Positions 11,561 to 23,086 of a stretch of 35,837 nucleotides of DNA are shown piece by piece; within the stretch, counting starts at the first letter, position 1, and every line of letters begins with the position of its first letter. Below the pieces are notes generated by a model, which was not told the DNA's origin, made no database searches, and was given only the letters and a program-made list of their open reading frames with translations. The position numbers and the translations under genes are program-made. The stretch is from assembly GCF_001194135.2 (NCBI RefSeq), contig NC_069002.1, positions 16,108,549 to 16,144,385 on the forward strand, read 5' to 3'. This stretch comes from Octopus bimaculoides (Eukaryota).

Positions 11561-12659
11561 NNNNNNNNNNNNNNNNNNNNNNNNNNNNNNNNNNNNNNNN
11601 NNNNNNNNNNNNNNNNNNNNNNNNNNNNNNNNNNNNNNNNNNNNNNNNNNNNNNNNNNNNNNNNNNNNNNNNNNNNNNNNNNNNNNNNNNNNNNNNNNNN
11701 NNNNNNNNNNNNNNNNNNNNNNNNNNNNNNNNNNNNNNNNNNNNNNNNNNNNNNNNNNNNNNNNNNNNNNNNNNNNNNNNNNNNNNNNNNNNNNNNNNNN
11801 NNNNNNNNNNNNNNNNNNNNNNNNNNNNNNNNNNNNNNNNNNNNNNNNNNNNNNNNNNNNNNNNNNNNNNNNNNNNNNNNNNNNNNNNNNNNNNNNNNNN
11901 NNNNNNNNNNNNNNNNNNNNNNNNNNNNNNNNNNNNNNNNNNNNNNNNNNNNNNNNNNNNNNNNNNNNNNNNNNNNNNNNNNNNNNNNNNNNNNNNNNNN
12001 NNNNNNNNNNNNNNNNNNNNNNNNNNNNNNNNNNNNNNNNNNNNNNNNNNNNNNNNNNNNNNNNNNNNNNNNNNNNNNNNNNNNNNNNNNNNNNNNNNNN
12101 NNNNNNNNNNNNNNNNNNNNNNNNNNNNNNNNNNNNNNNNNNNNNNNNNNNNNNNNNNNNNNNNNNNNNNNNNNNNNNNNNNNNNNNNNNNNNNNNNNNN
12201 NNNNNNNNNNNNNNNNNNNNNNNNNNNNNNNNNNNNNNNNNNNNNNNNNNNNNNNNNNNNNNNNNNNNNNNNNNNNNNNNNNNNNNNNNNNNNNNNNNNN
12301 NNNNNNNNNNNNNNNNNNNNNNNNNNNNNNNNNNNNNNNNNNNNNNNNNNNNNNNNNNNNNNNNNNNNNNNNNNNNNNNNNNNNNNNNNNNNNNGGTGGT
12401 GGTGGTGGTAGTGGTGGTGGTGGTGGTGGTGGCAGCGGCGAAATGTTTCTGGTGTGGGTGAAGTATTTTTAGAGAGTAGGTCTGACGCGGGTAATTGAGA
12501 CAACAAGGAAGGAAGAATGAGAAAAGAAAAAGAAAAAAAAAAACAGAAAAGGAAATTGAAATGAATGAATGAAAACAAGAAAAATTAAATTGAAGTTAAA
12601 ATTATAATACCAAGAAGATTTTTGCTTATAATCGGAAATTGGGGGTGATGGTGTCAGGT

Positions 12660-12764
12660 GATGTTGCTGATGCTAATGATGATGATGATGAAGTTGATGG
12701 TGATGATGATGATGATGACGATGATGATGATGACGGCGATGATGATGATGAAGATGATGATGAA

Positions 12765-12797
<33 letters not shown>

Positions 12798-12950
12798 TAT
12801 AACTGATGCATTAGCTGTTGTTTCGCCCATGGTCACCCTTCCTCGAAGTAAGCTCTGATCAAAAGTATCAGTAGTAGTGAGTGGTGATGATGTTGGTGAC
12901 GGTGGTAGAGTGGTAAATGATGATGACGATGATGATGATGGTGATGATGG

Positions 12951-13005
<55 letters not shown>
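12660..13005. repeat. Two interrupted (GAT)n arrays separated by ~100 bp of non-repetitive sequence
   Basis: Seen directly; source of the poly-D/M/S/I ORFs. Confidence 0.9.
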
Positions 13006-14460
13006 ATGGCTGTTTTAATGAGAAAGGAAGTTATGCAGATAGTGGTATGTCTGTGGACGATAACGGATTTAACGTTTCGTGTTAAAACACTTTATCAAAG
13101 CGAAATAAGAGAAATCTTTGATCAAATTGGTAGTTTGAAACGCGGAAGCTTCCCATTTCAAAACAACCGAAAATGGGTTGAGAGATATTTTGCTGCTATA
13201 TTGACATGGTCTGTCTTTGCAGAAAAATTTTCGCTACTTCGAGGTAGTTGTGGTGGCAGTGGAGTGAGAATAGCGATTGTTGTAAGGGCAGCGGTGGTGG
13301 AGGAGGAGGAGGAGGAGGNNNNNNNNNNNNNNNNNNNNNNNNNNNNNNNNNNNNNNNNNNNNNNNNNNNNNNNNNNNNNNNNNNNNNNNNNNNNNNNNNN
13401 NNNNNNNNNNNNNNNNNNNNNNNNNNNNNNNNNNNNNNNNNNNNNNNNNNNNNNNNNNNNNNNNNNNNNNNNNNNNNNNNNNNNNNNNNNNNNNNNNNNN
13501 NNNNNNNNNNNNNNNNNNNNNNNNNNNNNNNNNNNNNNNNNNNNNNNNNNNNNNNNNNNNNNNNNNNNNNNNNNNNNNNNNNNNNNNNNNNNNNNNNNNN
13601 NNNNNNNNNNNNNNNNNNNNNNNNNNNNNNNNNNNNNNNNNNNNNNNNNNNNNNNNNNNNNNNNNNNNNNNNNNNNNNNNNNNNNNNNNNNNNNNNNNNN
13701 NNNNNNNNNNNNNNNNNNNNNNNNNNNNNNNNNNNNNNNNNNNNNNNNNNNNNNNNNNNNNNNNNNNNNNNNNNNNNNNNNNNNNNNNNNNNNNNNNNNN
13801 NNNNNNNNNNNNNNNNNNNNNNNNNNNNNNNNNNNNNNNNNNNNNNNNNNNNNNNNNNNNNNNNNNNNNNNNNNNNNNNNNNNNNNNNNNNNNNNNNNNN
13901 NNNNNNNNNNNNNNNNNNNNNNNNNNNNNNNNNNNNNNNNNNNNNNNNNNNNNNNNNNNNNNNNNNNNNNNNNNNNNNNNNNNNNNNNNNNNNNNNNNNN
14001 NNNNNNNNNNNNNNNNNNNNNNNNNNNNNNNNNNNNNNNNNNNNNNNNNNNNNNNNNNNNNNNNNNNNNNNNNNNNNNNNNNNNNNNNNNNNNNNNNNNN
14101 NNNNNNNNNNNNNNNNNNNNNNNNNNNNNNNNNNNNNNNNNNNNNNNNNNNNNNNNNNNNNNNNNNNNNNNNNNNNNNNNNNNNNNNNNNNNNNNNNNNN
14201 NNNNNNNNNNNNNNNNNNNNNNNNNNNNNNNNNNNNNNNNNNNNNNNNNNNNNNNNNNNNNNNNNNNNNNNNNNNNNNNNNNNNNNNNNNNNNNNNNNNN
14301 ATACACGCAATACATACATATATACATATTTATGCTTTTGTATATATACACGTGTACGTGTGTATGTATATGTATATTGACGTATGTAGAATAACAAATC
14401 GAAACGAGATGAAACAAAGGAATTTTCTCCATGACAACGCGCTCACTGTGGGTGTGTGTG

Positions 14461-14496
<36 letters not shown>

Positions 14497-14508
14497 TTTG
14501 TGTGTGTC

Positions 14509-14546
<38 letters not shown>

Positions 14547-15052
14547 TTTGTGTGAGTTTGTGTGGGTGTGGGTGTAGTATGAAGGTTACTCAGTGCCAGA
14601 GAAGGGGATCTCCGCTCTATGAACATGGCATCCATCATCTTCCGAAATCTTGTGGACTTTGAATAGTTTGCAAGGATTAAAGAAACAAGAGGAGGAGGAG
14701 GAGGAGAGGAAGGGTGGGGGAGTGTGAGAGATGAGCGAGGGGAGAAACAGGGAGACAACAAGCACCGAACATAGATAAGTAATAGAGGTGGTGGTGGTGG
14801 GGAGGGTGTCCACTCCGTCCTTCTCCCTCTCCGTATATTCACACGTCTGTGTTTATATTACACAAACATAAATATATATTTATAAGTATTTACATATACA
14901 TGATATACATGATATACATGTATGGACATGTATGCGTACACACACGCAGACACATACACACACCTATGTATATATGCGTGTGTATATACATGCATATACA
15001 TGTATATACATGTATATACATGTATATATATACATGTATATATATACATGTA

Positions 15053-15114
<62 letters not shown>

Positions 15115-15692
15115 NNNNNNNNNNNNNNNNNNNNNNNNNNNNNNNNNNNNNNNNNNNNNNNNNNNNNNNNNNNNNNNNNNNNNNNNNNNNNNNNNNNNNN
15201 NNNNNNNNNNNNNNNNNNNNNNNNNNNNNNNNNNNNNNNNNNNNNNNNNNNNNNNNNNNNNNNNNNNNNNNNNNNNNNNNNNNNNNNNNNNNNNNNNNNN
15301 NNNNNNNNNNNNNNNNNNNNNNNNNNNNNNNNNNNNNNNNNNNNNNNNNNNNNNNNNNNNNNNNNNNNNNNNNNNNNNNNNNNNNNNNNNNNNNNNNNNN
15401 NNNNNNNNNNNNNNNNNNNNNNNNNNNNNNNNNNNNNNNNNNNNNNNNNNNNNNNNNNNNNNNNNNNNNNNNNNNNNNNNNNNNNNNNNNNNNNNNNNNN
15501 NNNNNNNNNNNNNNNNNNNNNNNNNNNNNNNNNNNNNNNNNNNNNNNNNNNNNNNNNNNNNNNNNNNNNNNNNNNNNNNNNNNNNNNNNNNNNNNNNNNN
15601 NNNNNNNNNNNNNNNNNNNNNNNNNNNNNNNNNNNNNNNNNNNNNNNNNNNNNNNNNNNNNNNNNNNNNNNNNNNNNNNNNNNNNNNNNNNN

Positions 15693-15727
<35 letters not shown>

Positions 15728-15737
15728 AAATCATGTG

Positions 15738-15890
15738 AGCACAAGTATGGTTGGATGGTTAACAAGTTGTCTTGGCAACCACGAGCTTCCACGTTCGGTA
15801 ACACCGTTTGGAATCTTGGGCATTTGTCTTCTACCATAGCCTCGAGAGGATGCATGCCATTTGGTGGAATTGGGGAAACAGAAAGGTTAT
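15738..15890 (+). mobile_element. Strongly diverged SINE family B head
   Basis: CTTGGGCATTTGTCTTCTACCATAGCCTCGAG and the overall spacing match the family B head at 6300-6430. Confidence 0.6.
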
Positions 15891-17707
15891 TAATGGCTAT
15901 CTGATAGGATGTACCCTTAATTCATTCGGATGCTCTGTTCCTTACAAATTACACCGTCGCTATGGAAACGCTTGTCCGTTGAATAGGAAACACCATTCTC
16001 TATAAATCAACGAATGGATACCGTATAGTCATCGTCGAAACAGACGAGGATCCTTCTGCTTTCTGTTTCGTTATGTATGCTTAAACATCCGATTAAACAC
16101 TCCCACGCATAGACACTAACATAGACACACAGGCGGACGCACACACGTGCGCACGCGCGCGCAAGTGTACAGTTAAGTTCTTTCATCGGAATCTCTAACA
16201 GGGTTTATCTCCCCTGCACCCTCACCCCTTCTAGCACCCCACTCTACCCCCCACCCGCTCACACTCCCTTATTTTTCGTCCCAGATTCATTTATTTCACC
16301 CTTTTTTATCTCTCATCTCAATTCTCGCACAAATAATGGGTATGTGCGTGAGCATGTATATATATATATATATATATTACTATATATGTGCATACACACA
16401 CACATATATATTCATATACATACAGATACGCACGCATAGATATGTGTATAAGCATATATAGGCATATATGTAATGACGTATCTGTGTATGTATGTACACA
16501 CACACAAACACAAAATACACACAGAGATACACACACACTCACTCATACACAGAAACACGGACACACACTCTCACATACACATACTGCACAGAAAAAAATA
16601 TACAGTTCGTTTTATTCCGACTTTGCGAAGCATGAAGACTTGTCTTTAATTGTTTATCATTCATTAATGAATGGTGACCGTTTTTTGTGTAGAATGGAAC
16701 ACTTTGTTGTGCCAATCAGTGGAGGAGACGCCATATCCGAACTGGAATCATGAGATGTGAAGAGTCGCCAGTCGACAGCAGAAGCACTGGTTGTTAGCTC
16801 AACCGTATCGTCTGTGAAGAAACATCACTTGGATATGCTTGTCAGCGCGAGGAAGCTGTAAATACTTGCGAGGAATATAATAAATAATAACATCTACAGA
16901 CTGACATATGAAATAGTTCTTTAGTAAGTTAAAGGGTGTTGTACTGAAACTACAGTCTCTTTCACACACCCAAACGTACACACATACACATACATACACA
17001 GACACATACACACATACACACAAAGGCACACACACGCACGAACATACACGTACCCAATCACACACATATATACATGAATGTGTGTGTGTGTGTGTGTGTA
17101 TGTATTTATTTATTTCTTTGAAACTTCCTTCGTGCTGGAGAAAACCAAAAACGAAGATCTCGAGGTAATTGTTAACGATTCTCAAAGATTATAGAAGATA
17201 ATTACATGAAATGAAGAATGAATCTTAGAGGAAAATCTCAGTTTTGCTGGAAGTCAAGAGAGAACTAAGGGCATTTTTTGGCTCCCGAGCCATCTATATT
17301 AATTCTATAAAAATCCTTTCTTAATTAGTTCTCGTTCTTTGAGAGATCAATTAGCTGTAGGTTTTTGTTTAGTTCCTTTCAGAAAATTCAAATTATTTTT
17401 GTGTTGCATTTAGCGCACCATTCCTTCATATATTTAGCATACCATTAAAATATTTACTTCAATTATTTCCCCTAAAGCCATATTATTTATACTTTTAATT
17501 TTGTAAATTATATTGGTCATACTAGCTTATTTTGACGTTGGTTCGTTTCTTGTATTAAACGCCAAGACACTTAACTCTGATAAAGCTTAGTATAACGGGA
17601 AATGAGTACGGCATATATTGAAACCAATCTGCCGCAACAGTAAGCTGTGGTAGCATAATAAAATTGACCTGTGCTTCGTTAGTTTATATTATTGCAGATT
17701 ACTTTTA

Positions 17708-17865
17708 TCAGCATATGTAGAAATGTCCCTCGTTTTTCCACAAATCCTGAAGGAGGGAACATAACCCCGAAATATAGAAACAGAAGGCAAAACTCCGAGT
17801 TTGTTTTGTTGTCTTTTTGTAGTATCTTTAATGTCTCCTATTGTATTTTATTGGCAATCGATGAA
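17708..17865 (+). mobile_element. Interspersed repeat (family E, Penelope pLTR-like) with a degenerate hammerhead motif
   Basis: Homologous to the reverse complement of 23087-23277, including the spacer TCAGCATATGTAGAAATGTCCCTCG; motif CTGAAGG-A-GGGA acataa CCCC-GAA-ATAT-A at 17747-17776. Confidence 0.8.
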
Positions 17866-18664
17866 CAGAGGTGAAAGGGTAATCCAATCAGATATATCCG
17901 CGAGATTGTTGAGGATTTAGGAGAATAAACCAGTAAACACAGATACAGTCTATCCGACGACTTTCACATTTGCCGTTTGCTACTAGTAGAAATACTTGCC
18001 CAATATACCGCTCAGTGAGATTGGACTCGTATCGACAGACACGCTTGCTCTCGCCGCTACCAGCAACAATGAGAAATAGAACTGGAAGAAATATTGTCAA
18101 ACCTATAACCTGTAATTTCTTTCAGATAAAACAGGAACTGCGATGTGGTGTCCTTCATTTTTCTAGCTGACAGATACTTTGTATGTCTGACAACTGCTTA
18201 CTAATTAGGGGAAGGAGCAAAAGGAGTGCCTTCTTGTGGTTCTAATCTAAACAGCAATAAAGAGGATCCCTAACGCTAACAGTAACAATCTTCCTGCGAA
18301 TTTACCAGGCAAAGGCCCATGTGGTTGATTGACCTGGTATAAAGGAGTAGCCAAATCTCCCTCACATCTAACACAGAAAAAAATGCAGTTGTGTCATTCT
18401 GCGACCACAAATACCATAACGCACTTGTTCGACGCACCGGCTTATCAATTTTCTCGCTGTTTATTACATCTTTTACAGATTATTCATACACCGAAACACA
18501 GCACACACGCACACAGACACACACATACAAGCTTATATACTTACACATACACACGCATGCACACTTGAATTTTAGTAAATTGTTATGTCAAAGCTCCATA
18601 TTACAGAATTTCTACATAATTTTCTACACAATTTATAAAAGAAAGCCGTTCGATTCAATATCAG

Positions 18665-18702
<38 letters not shown>

Positions 18703-19139
18703 AACACACACACACATCTGTGTGTGTGCATGTATGTATGTACGTATGTACATCATTAAATGAATGATTAATCGAACTCAAATTCAAATAAACAAACCAT
18801 TCATCACAAATCAATATATTTCGGCGACAAATGCCTTAATTAATTACAATGCTACAGATATCCATACACACTTTACAATCAGTTTGTAACTTAGTAATGA
18901 TTTCACGTCTGTCTCCGATGACCAGTGGTTTCACAGAGGCACAGCTCTGAAACACGCGGCGCATCAGTTTGCAAGGTTTTTTTACAGCTGTAGTTTTTAT
19001 CCTTCTGGTATTGGTAAAGCCGAATTACGCAGTTGATGATTTTCCGGATGAAAAAGAAATTAGGAGAAGGTAGGATGGAGAAATTATAGAATAACCATTA
19101 TGGATACCAGGACGAGAAGAAGGATATTTTTAATTTTCC

Positions 19140-19452
19140 TTCCATCACTATGGCACAAAATTATTGCTGTTGTTTTTCTTGTCCCAAGCAGCCCAGAACT
19201 GAAAAATGATGAAGATCCTTCTAGATGTGACCAAACAGTTAATTCAGAGAAATATTGCGATCGATTGGAAGCACTGCACAAAAATTTGCCGTAAAAGCAT
19301 CCATCATTTGTCAATAATAAATGCTTATTGCTCTCACACGATATTTCAAAACTACATATTACCCAAACAAATAAGGAAAACACAATGGCTCTAAATATGG
19401 TCGCTTTGCTTCATCCTACTTACACTCCTGAAATTTCGCCATCTGTCTTTTC
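19140..19452 (+). pseudogene. Degenerate mariner (DD34D-type) transposase fragment
   Basis: One frame: DQTVNSEKYCDRLEALHKNLP*KHPSFVNNKCLLLSHDISKLHITQTNKENTMALNMVALLHPTYTPEISPSVF, matching mariner TINS..YC.QL...LLHDNARPH...LPHPPYSPDLAPSDF. Confidence 0.8.
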
Positions 19453-19505
19453 AGATCAAACAACATTATTTTGAAGTAAAACAGTTTACATTATCTACAT
19501 TTGAT

Positions 19506-19580
19506 GGGCATATGGCGTAGTGGTTAAGAGCGCGGGCTACTAACCCCAAGGTTCCGAGTTCGATTAACGGCAGCGACCTG

Positions 19581-19614
<34 letters not shown>

Positions 19615-19793
19615 TAATAATAATAGTAACATCGATAGGAATGAGAACCCAGGTTCGAAATTTCCCCAAGACACCTGACGAAGGCTGGAGGGTATATCAG
19701 CCGAAACGTTGTGTTAACAACAAACAAGATGAGGACGAATATCCGTCAAATGTAAACAATGTAAATAATTCCTCATCTTTTAAATATAGAACT
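19506..19793 (+). mobile_element. tRNA-derived SINE family C: Pol III head, internal (AAT)n, hammerhead-containing tail
   Basis: A box TGGCGTAGTGG (19514-19524), B box GTTCGATT (19558-19565), (AAT)n 19583-19625, then tail with hammerhead motif. The 3' boundary is approximate. Confidence 0.8.
19670..19715 (+). ncRNA. Minimal type I hammerhead ribozyme motif (Penelope-like-element type)
   Basis: Stem I GACAC (19670-74); core CTGACGA (19675-81); extra A (19682); stem II GGCTG/CAGCC (19683-87/19698-702); GAA (19703-05); palindromic ACGT (19706-09); H17 = T (19710); stem I' GTGTT (19711-15). Confidence 0.72.
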
Positions 19794-20100
19794 GTAAAAC
19801 AGTTTATTGTGAAGAAGTAAAAAATTATATTGAGCGTTTCTTAGCTNNNNNNNNNNNNNNNNNNNNNNNNNNNNNNNNNNNNNNNNNNNNNNNNNNNNNN
19901 NNNNNNNNNNNNNNNNNNNNNNNNNNNNNNNNNNNNNNNNNNNNNNNNNNNNNNNNNNNNNNNNNNNNNNNNNNNNNNNNNNNNNNNNNNNNNNNNNNNN
20001 NNNNNNNNNNNNNNNNNNNNNNNNNNNNNNNNNNNNNNNNNNNNNNNNNNNNNNNNNNNNNNNNNNNNNNNNNNNNNNNNNNNNNNNNNNNNNNNNNNNN

Positions 20101-20168
<68 letters not shown>

Positions 20169-20171
20169 ATA

Positions 20172-20320
20172 TGACTGGCTTCCATATTTTCACTGATAAA
20201 GCATTGTTCGGCCTTGGGCTAAAGTAGAAGACATGCGCCTAATGTGCCGCGCATTGGGACTGAACGGGAAACCTCTTAAATGCAAAGCGAGCATTTTAAC
20301 CATAAAGCTATGCCTGCGCC
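20172..20320 (-). mobile_element. SINE family B head (diverged)
   Basis: Reverse complement gives GGCGCAGGCATAGCTTTATGGTTAAAATGCTCGC...GTTCAGTCCCAATGCG...GTCTTCTACTTTAGCCCAAGG; continues into (GT)n. Confidence 0.7.
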
Positions 20321-20500
20321 AATACTTCCTATTTTTTCAACCTGTGACATTTGAGATATTCATGGGTAGCAAAAGTGGATTTGGACATCATTTCGTACCC
20401 GTTATCTAAATATAAGATACTTGCTTCTGAGTATGTCTGGCATTTTCACATTTCAAACCCTCAAGCTCGCCATCATACACGATAAACAATTTCGTAGAGT

Positions 20501-20662
20501 CAGGGCTGTCTTAGCAATATTATAAGCCCCAAGAAAATCCTTGTAATGGGCGAAAAAGCATATAGTTAATGAGAGCAAGCCATAGTATACATAGACCAAA
20601 ACTAAACTCTAGATTAGTACATGGACAACCACCTGATGTGCCCCTGTCATTAGACAGCGCTG
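20501..20662. mobile_element. 162-bp hAT-like MITE
   Basis: Terminal inverted repeats CAGGGCTGTCTTA / TTAGACAGCGCTG (2 mismatches in 13); flanks CGTAGAGT and CTTAGAGA match at 6 of 8 positions (degenerate 8-bp TSD). Confidence 0.55.
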
Positions 20663-20909
20663 CTTAGAGAGCATCATTAACGTACCCTAATAACACGAAG
20701 AACAAATGTCATTCCCAACCAAAATATATCAGAGACAACGCAAATTACAGTTTGCATCCATTTAACTCATCTCACTTTGCTATAATTTTTAACAAATTAT
20801 AAAACTTTAAAACCTTCATTTTATTGAAAATAGCAGTTTTCAAGCCTTGCAGTTTTAGCTGAACATTTCTACTTCCTGTACTTATTATAATCTATTTTTA
20901 ATTTTGGTA

Positions 20910-21228
20910 CGCATTCTATCGATCCCTTTTGCCGAACCACTAATTTACGGGGATATAAACAAACCCACGCTAGTTGTCAAGCGGTGCTAAAAGACAAAAA
21001 CAAACGCAAAGACACACATATGCATGTATATATACACACACACAGGCACAAACACATATACACATTCGACCGGCTTCCACACAGTTTCCGTTTACCAAAA
21101 TTCTCTCACAAGGTATCTTTCAGTTCAGGGCTTTACTAAAAGATACTTGATTATAGTGCCGCACAGTCGGACTGAACCCAAACTCACATGGTTGCAAAGC
21201 GAGTTTCTTAACCACACAACCACACGAT
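20910..21228 (-). mobile_element. SINE family B (head, internal CA/TA tract, part of the tail)
   Basis: Homologous to 21310-22050 in the same orientation. Confidence 0.8.
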
Positions 21229-21309
21229 TTAGTCTCTTCTACTTTCTTTCTTTCACACTATTGTTTATTGTTTGTTTGTAAAATGTGGTTTCTCTCCATA
21301 GAATAAATT

Positions 21310-21464
21310 ATGGCCATACTGGAGCACTGCCTTTAGTCGAACAAGTCAACCTCAGGACTTATTCTTTGTAAGCCTAGTACTTATTCTATTGGTCTCTTTT
21401 GCCGATACGCTAAGTTACGGGGACGTAAATACACCAACATCGGTTGTCAAACGATGGCGGGGGA

Positions 21465-21513
<49 letters not shown>

Positions 21514-22050
21514 NNNNNNNNNNNNNNNNNNNNNNNNNNNNNNNNNNNNNNNNNNNNNNNNNNNNNNNNNNNNNNNNNNNNNNNNNNNNNNNNNNNNNNN
21601 NNNNNNNNNNNNNNNNNNNNNNNNNNNNNNNNNNNNNNNNNNNNNNNNNNNNNNNNNNNNNNNNNNNNNNNNNNNNNNNNNNNNNNNNNNNNNNNNNNNN
21701 NNNNNNNNNNNNNNNNNNNNNNNNNNNNNNNNNNNNNNNNNNNNNNNNNNNNNNNNNNNNNNNNNNNNNNNNNNNNNNNNNNNNNNNNNNNNNNNNNNNN
21801 NNNNNNNNNNNNNNNNNNNNNNNNNNNNNNNNNNNNNNNNNNNNNNNNNNNNNNNNNNNNNNNNNNNNNNNNNNNNNNNNNNNNNNNNNNNNNNNNNNNN
21901 NNNNNNNNNNNNNNNNCATCTACAATCCACTCACAAGGCTTTGGTAGGCCCGAGACTATAGTAGAAGATACTTGGCCAAGATGCCATGCAGCGGGATTGA
22001 ACCCAGAACCATGTGGCTGGGAAGCAAGCTTCTTACTACACAGCCACGCC
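21310..22050 (-). mobile_element. SINE family B, near full length; the internal microsatellite spans the gap at 21514-21915
   Basis: Head at 21916-22050 (AGGCGTGGCTGTGTAGTAAGAAGCTTGC...GGGTTCAATCCC); tail at 21310-21470. Confidence 0.88.
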
Positions 22051-22359
22051 TAGAAAGTACTTAGGGCTAAACAGGTTGAGGTTTAGCTGCTATTTCTAGT
22101 AAGTCATGTAACCTCCTCATTGACTCGTAGTTATTTTTATGATGGCTCGTGTAAATTGGAGCGTTTGAGTAAATATTTCTTCCTATTTATGGAGATGATC
22201 TGCCTTCTCACCGAGGACGCATCGAATTCAACCATCGAACCTGCTGACGCCACAGGTCACATGATACTCCAGATATAAAAAAGAGCGTTGTTACTTCTCT
22301 ATCACCCCATTGCATCTACTCAAGATGGTAGAATGTCAGGGAAACTATGGCATATTATA

Positions 22360-22479
22360 CATTTATGCATATATACATATATACATACATACATACATAC
22401 ATACAAACCTATATACAAATATATATGTGTATTTAGATAAATGTATGTATGCATGTATATATATATATTTTATATATAC

Positions 22480-22550
<71 letters not shown>

Positions 22551-22831
22551 TGCACATATATATGTGTGTATATATACATCTATATATGTATATATATATA
22601 CATATATACACACATATATCCATACAAATATGTGTCTATATGTTCACATATTAACTCAGATGTGTATGTCTTTATATACATACACACATATATATCTATA
22701 TGTGTGTACGTAAGTGCGTGTATGTGTGTACATGCATGTGTACATAATAGACTATAGATTAAGCCGCCCTCACCATGGGCTTCTTGACAGCAATTTAGCA
22801 CGCACACAGACACAGACACACACATATATAC

Positions 22832-22862
<31 letters not shown>

Positions 22863-22925
22863 TGTATGTACGTATGTATGTGGGTGTTTATCTGAGTGCA
22901 TAGACACAACCACATACATCAATGA
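22360..22925. repeat. (TA)n/(TACA)n/(TATG)n compound simple repeats
   Basis: Seen directly. Confidence 0.9.
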
Positions 22926-23086
22926 ATACATAAAACAATATGTCTGATATTCCGTCGAAACAACAGAAAGTGTGATAGTCCCAGTTATTGACACCCCACC
23001 GCCAACTGCAGTAACTGGAGTTTATTTTGACACAGAAAGGAACACTAGAACAACGCAGATTTTATTATTGATTCTCCATAGCAACG

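Noticed and set aside
12626-13318. Poly-Asp/Ser/Met ORFs suggesting an acidic or Ser-rich protein
   Set aside because: Explained by (GAT)n microsatellites; frames are interrupted and no consistent exon structure or domain is seen.
17888-18100. Minus-strand ORF resembling a signal peptide or TM segment (possible exon 18081-17996)
   Set aside because: Donor is weak (GTATTT), there is no recognisable domain, and such hydrophobic runs are common in AT-rich DNA.
19506-19575. Possible tRNA gene
   Set aside because: A and B boxes are present but no acceptor stem closes a cloverleaf; it continues into a SINE body. The same applies to 24170-24255.
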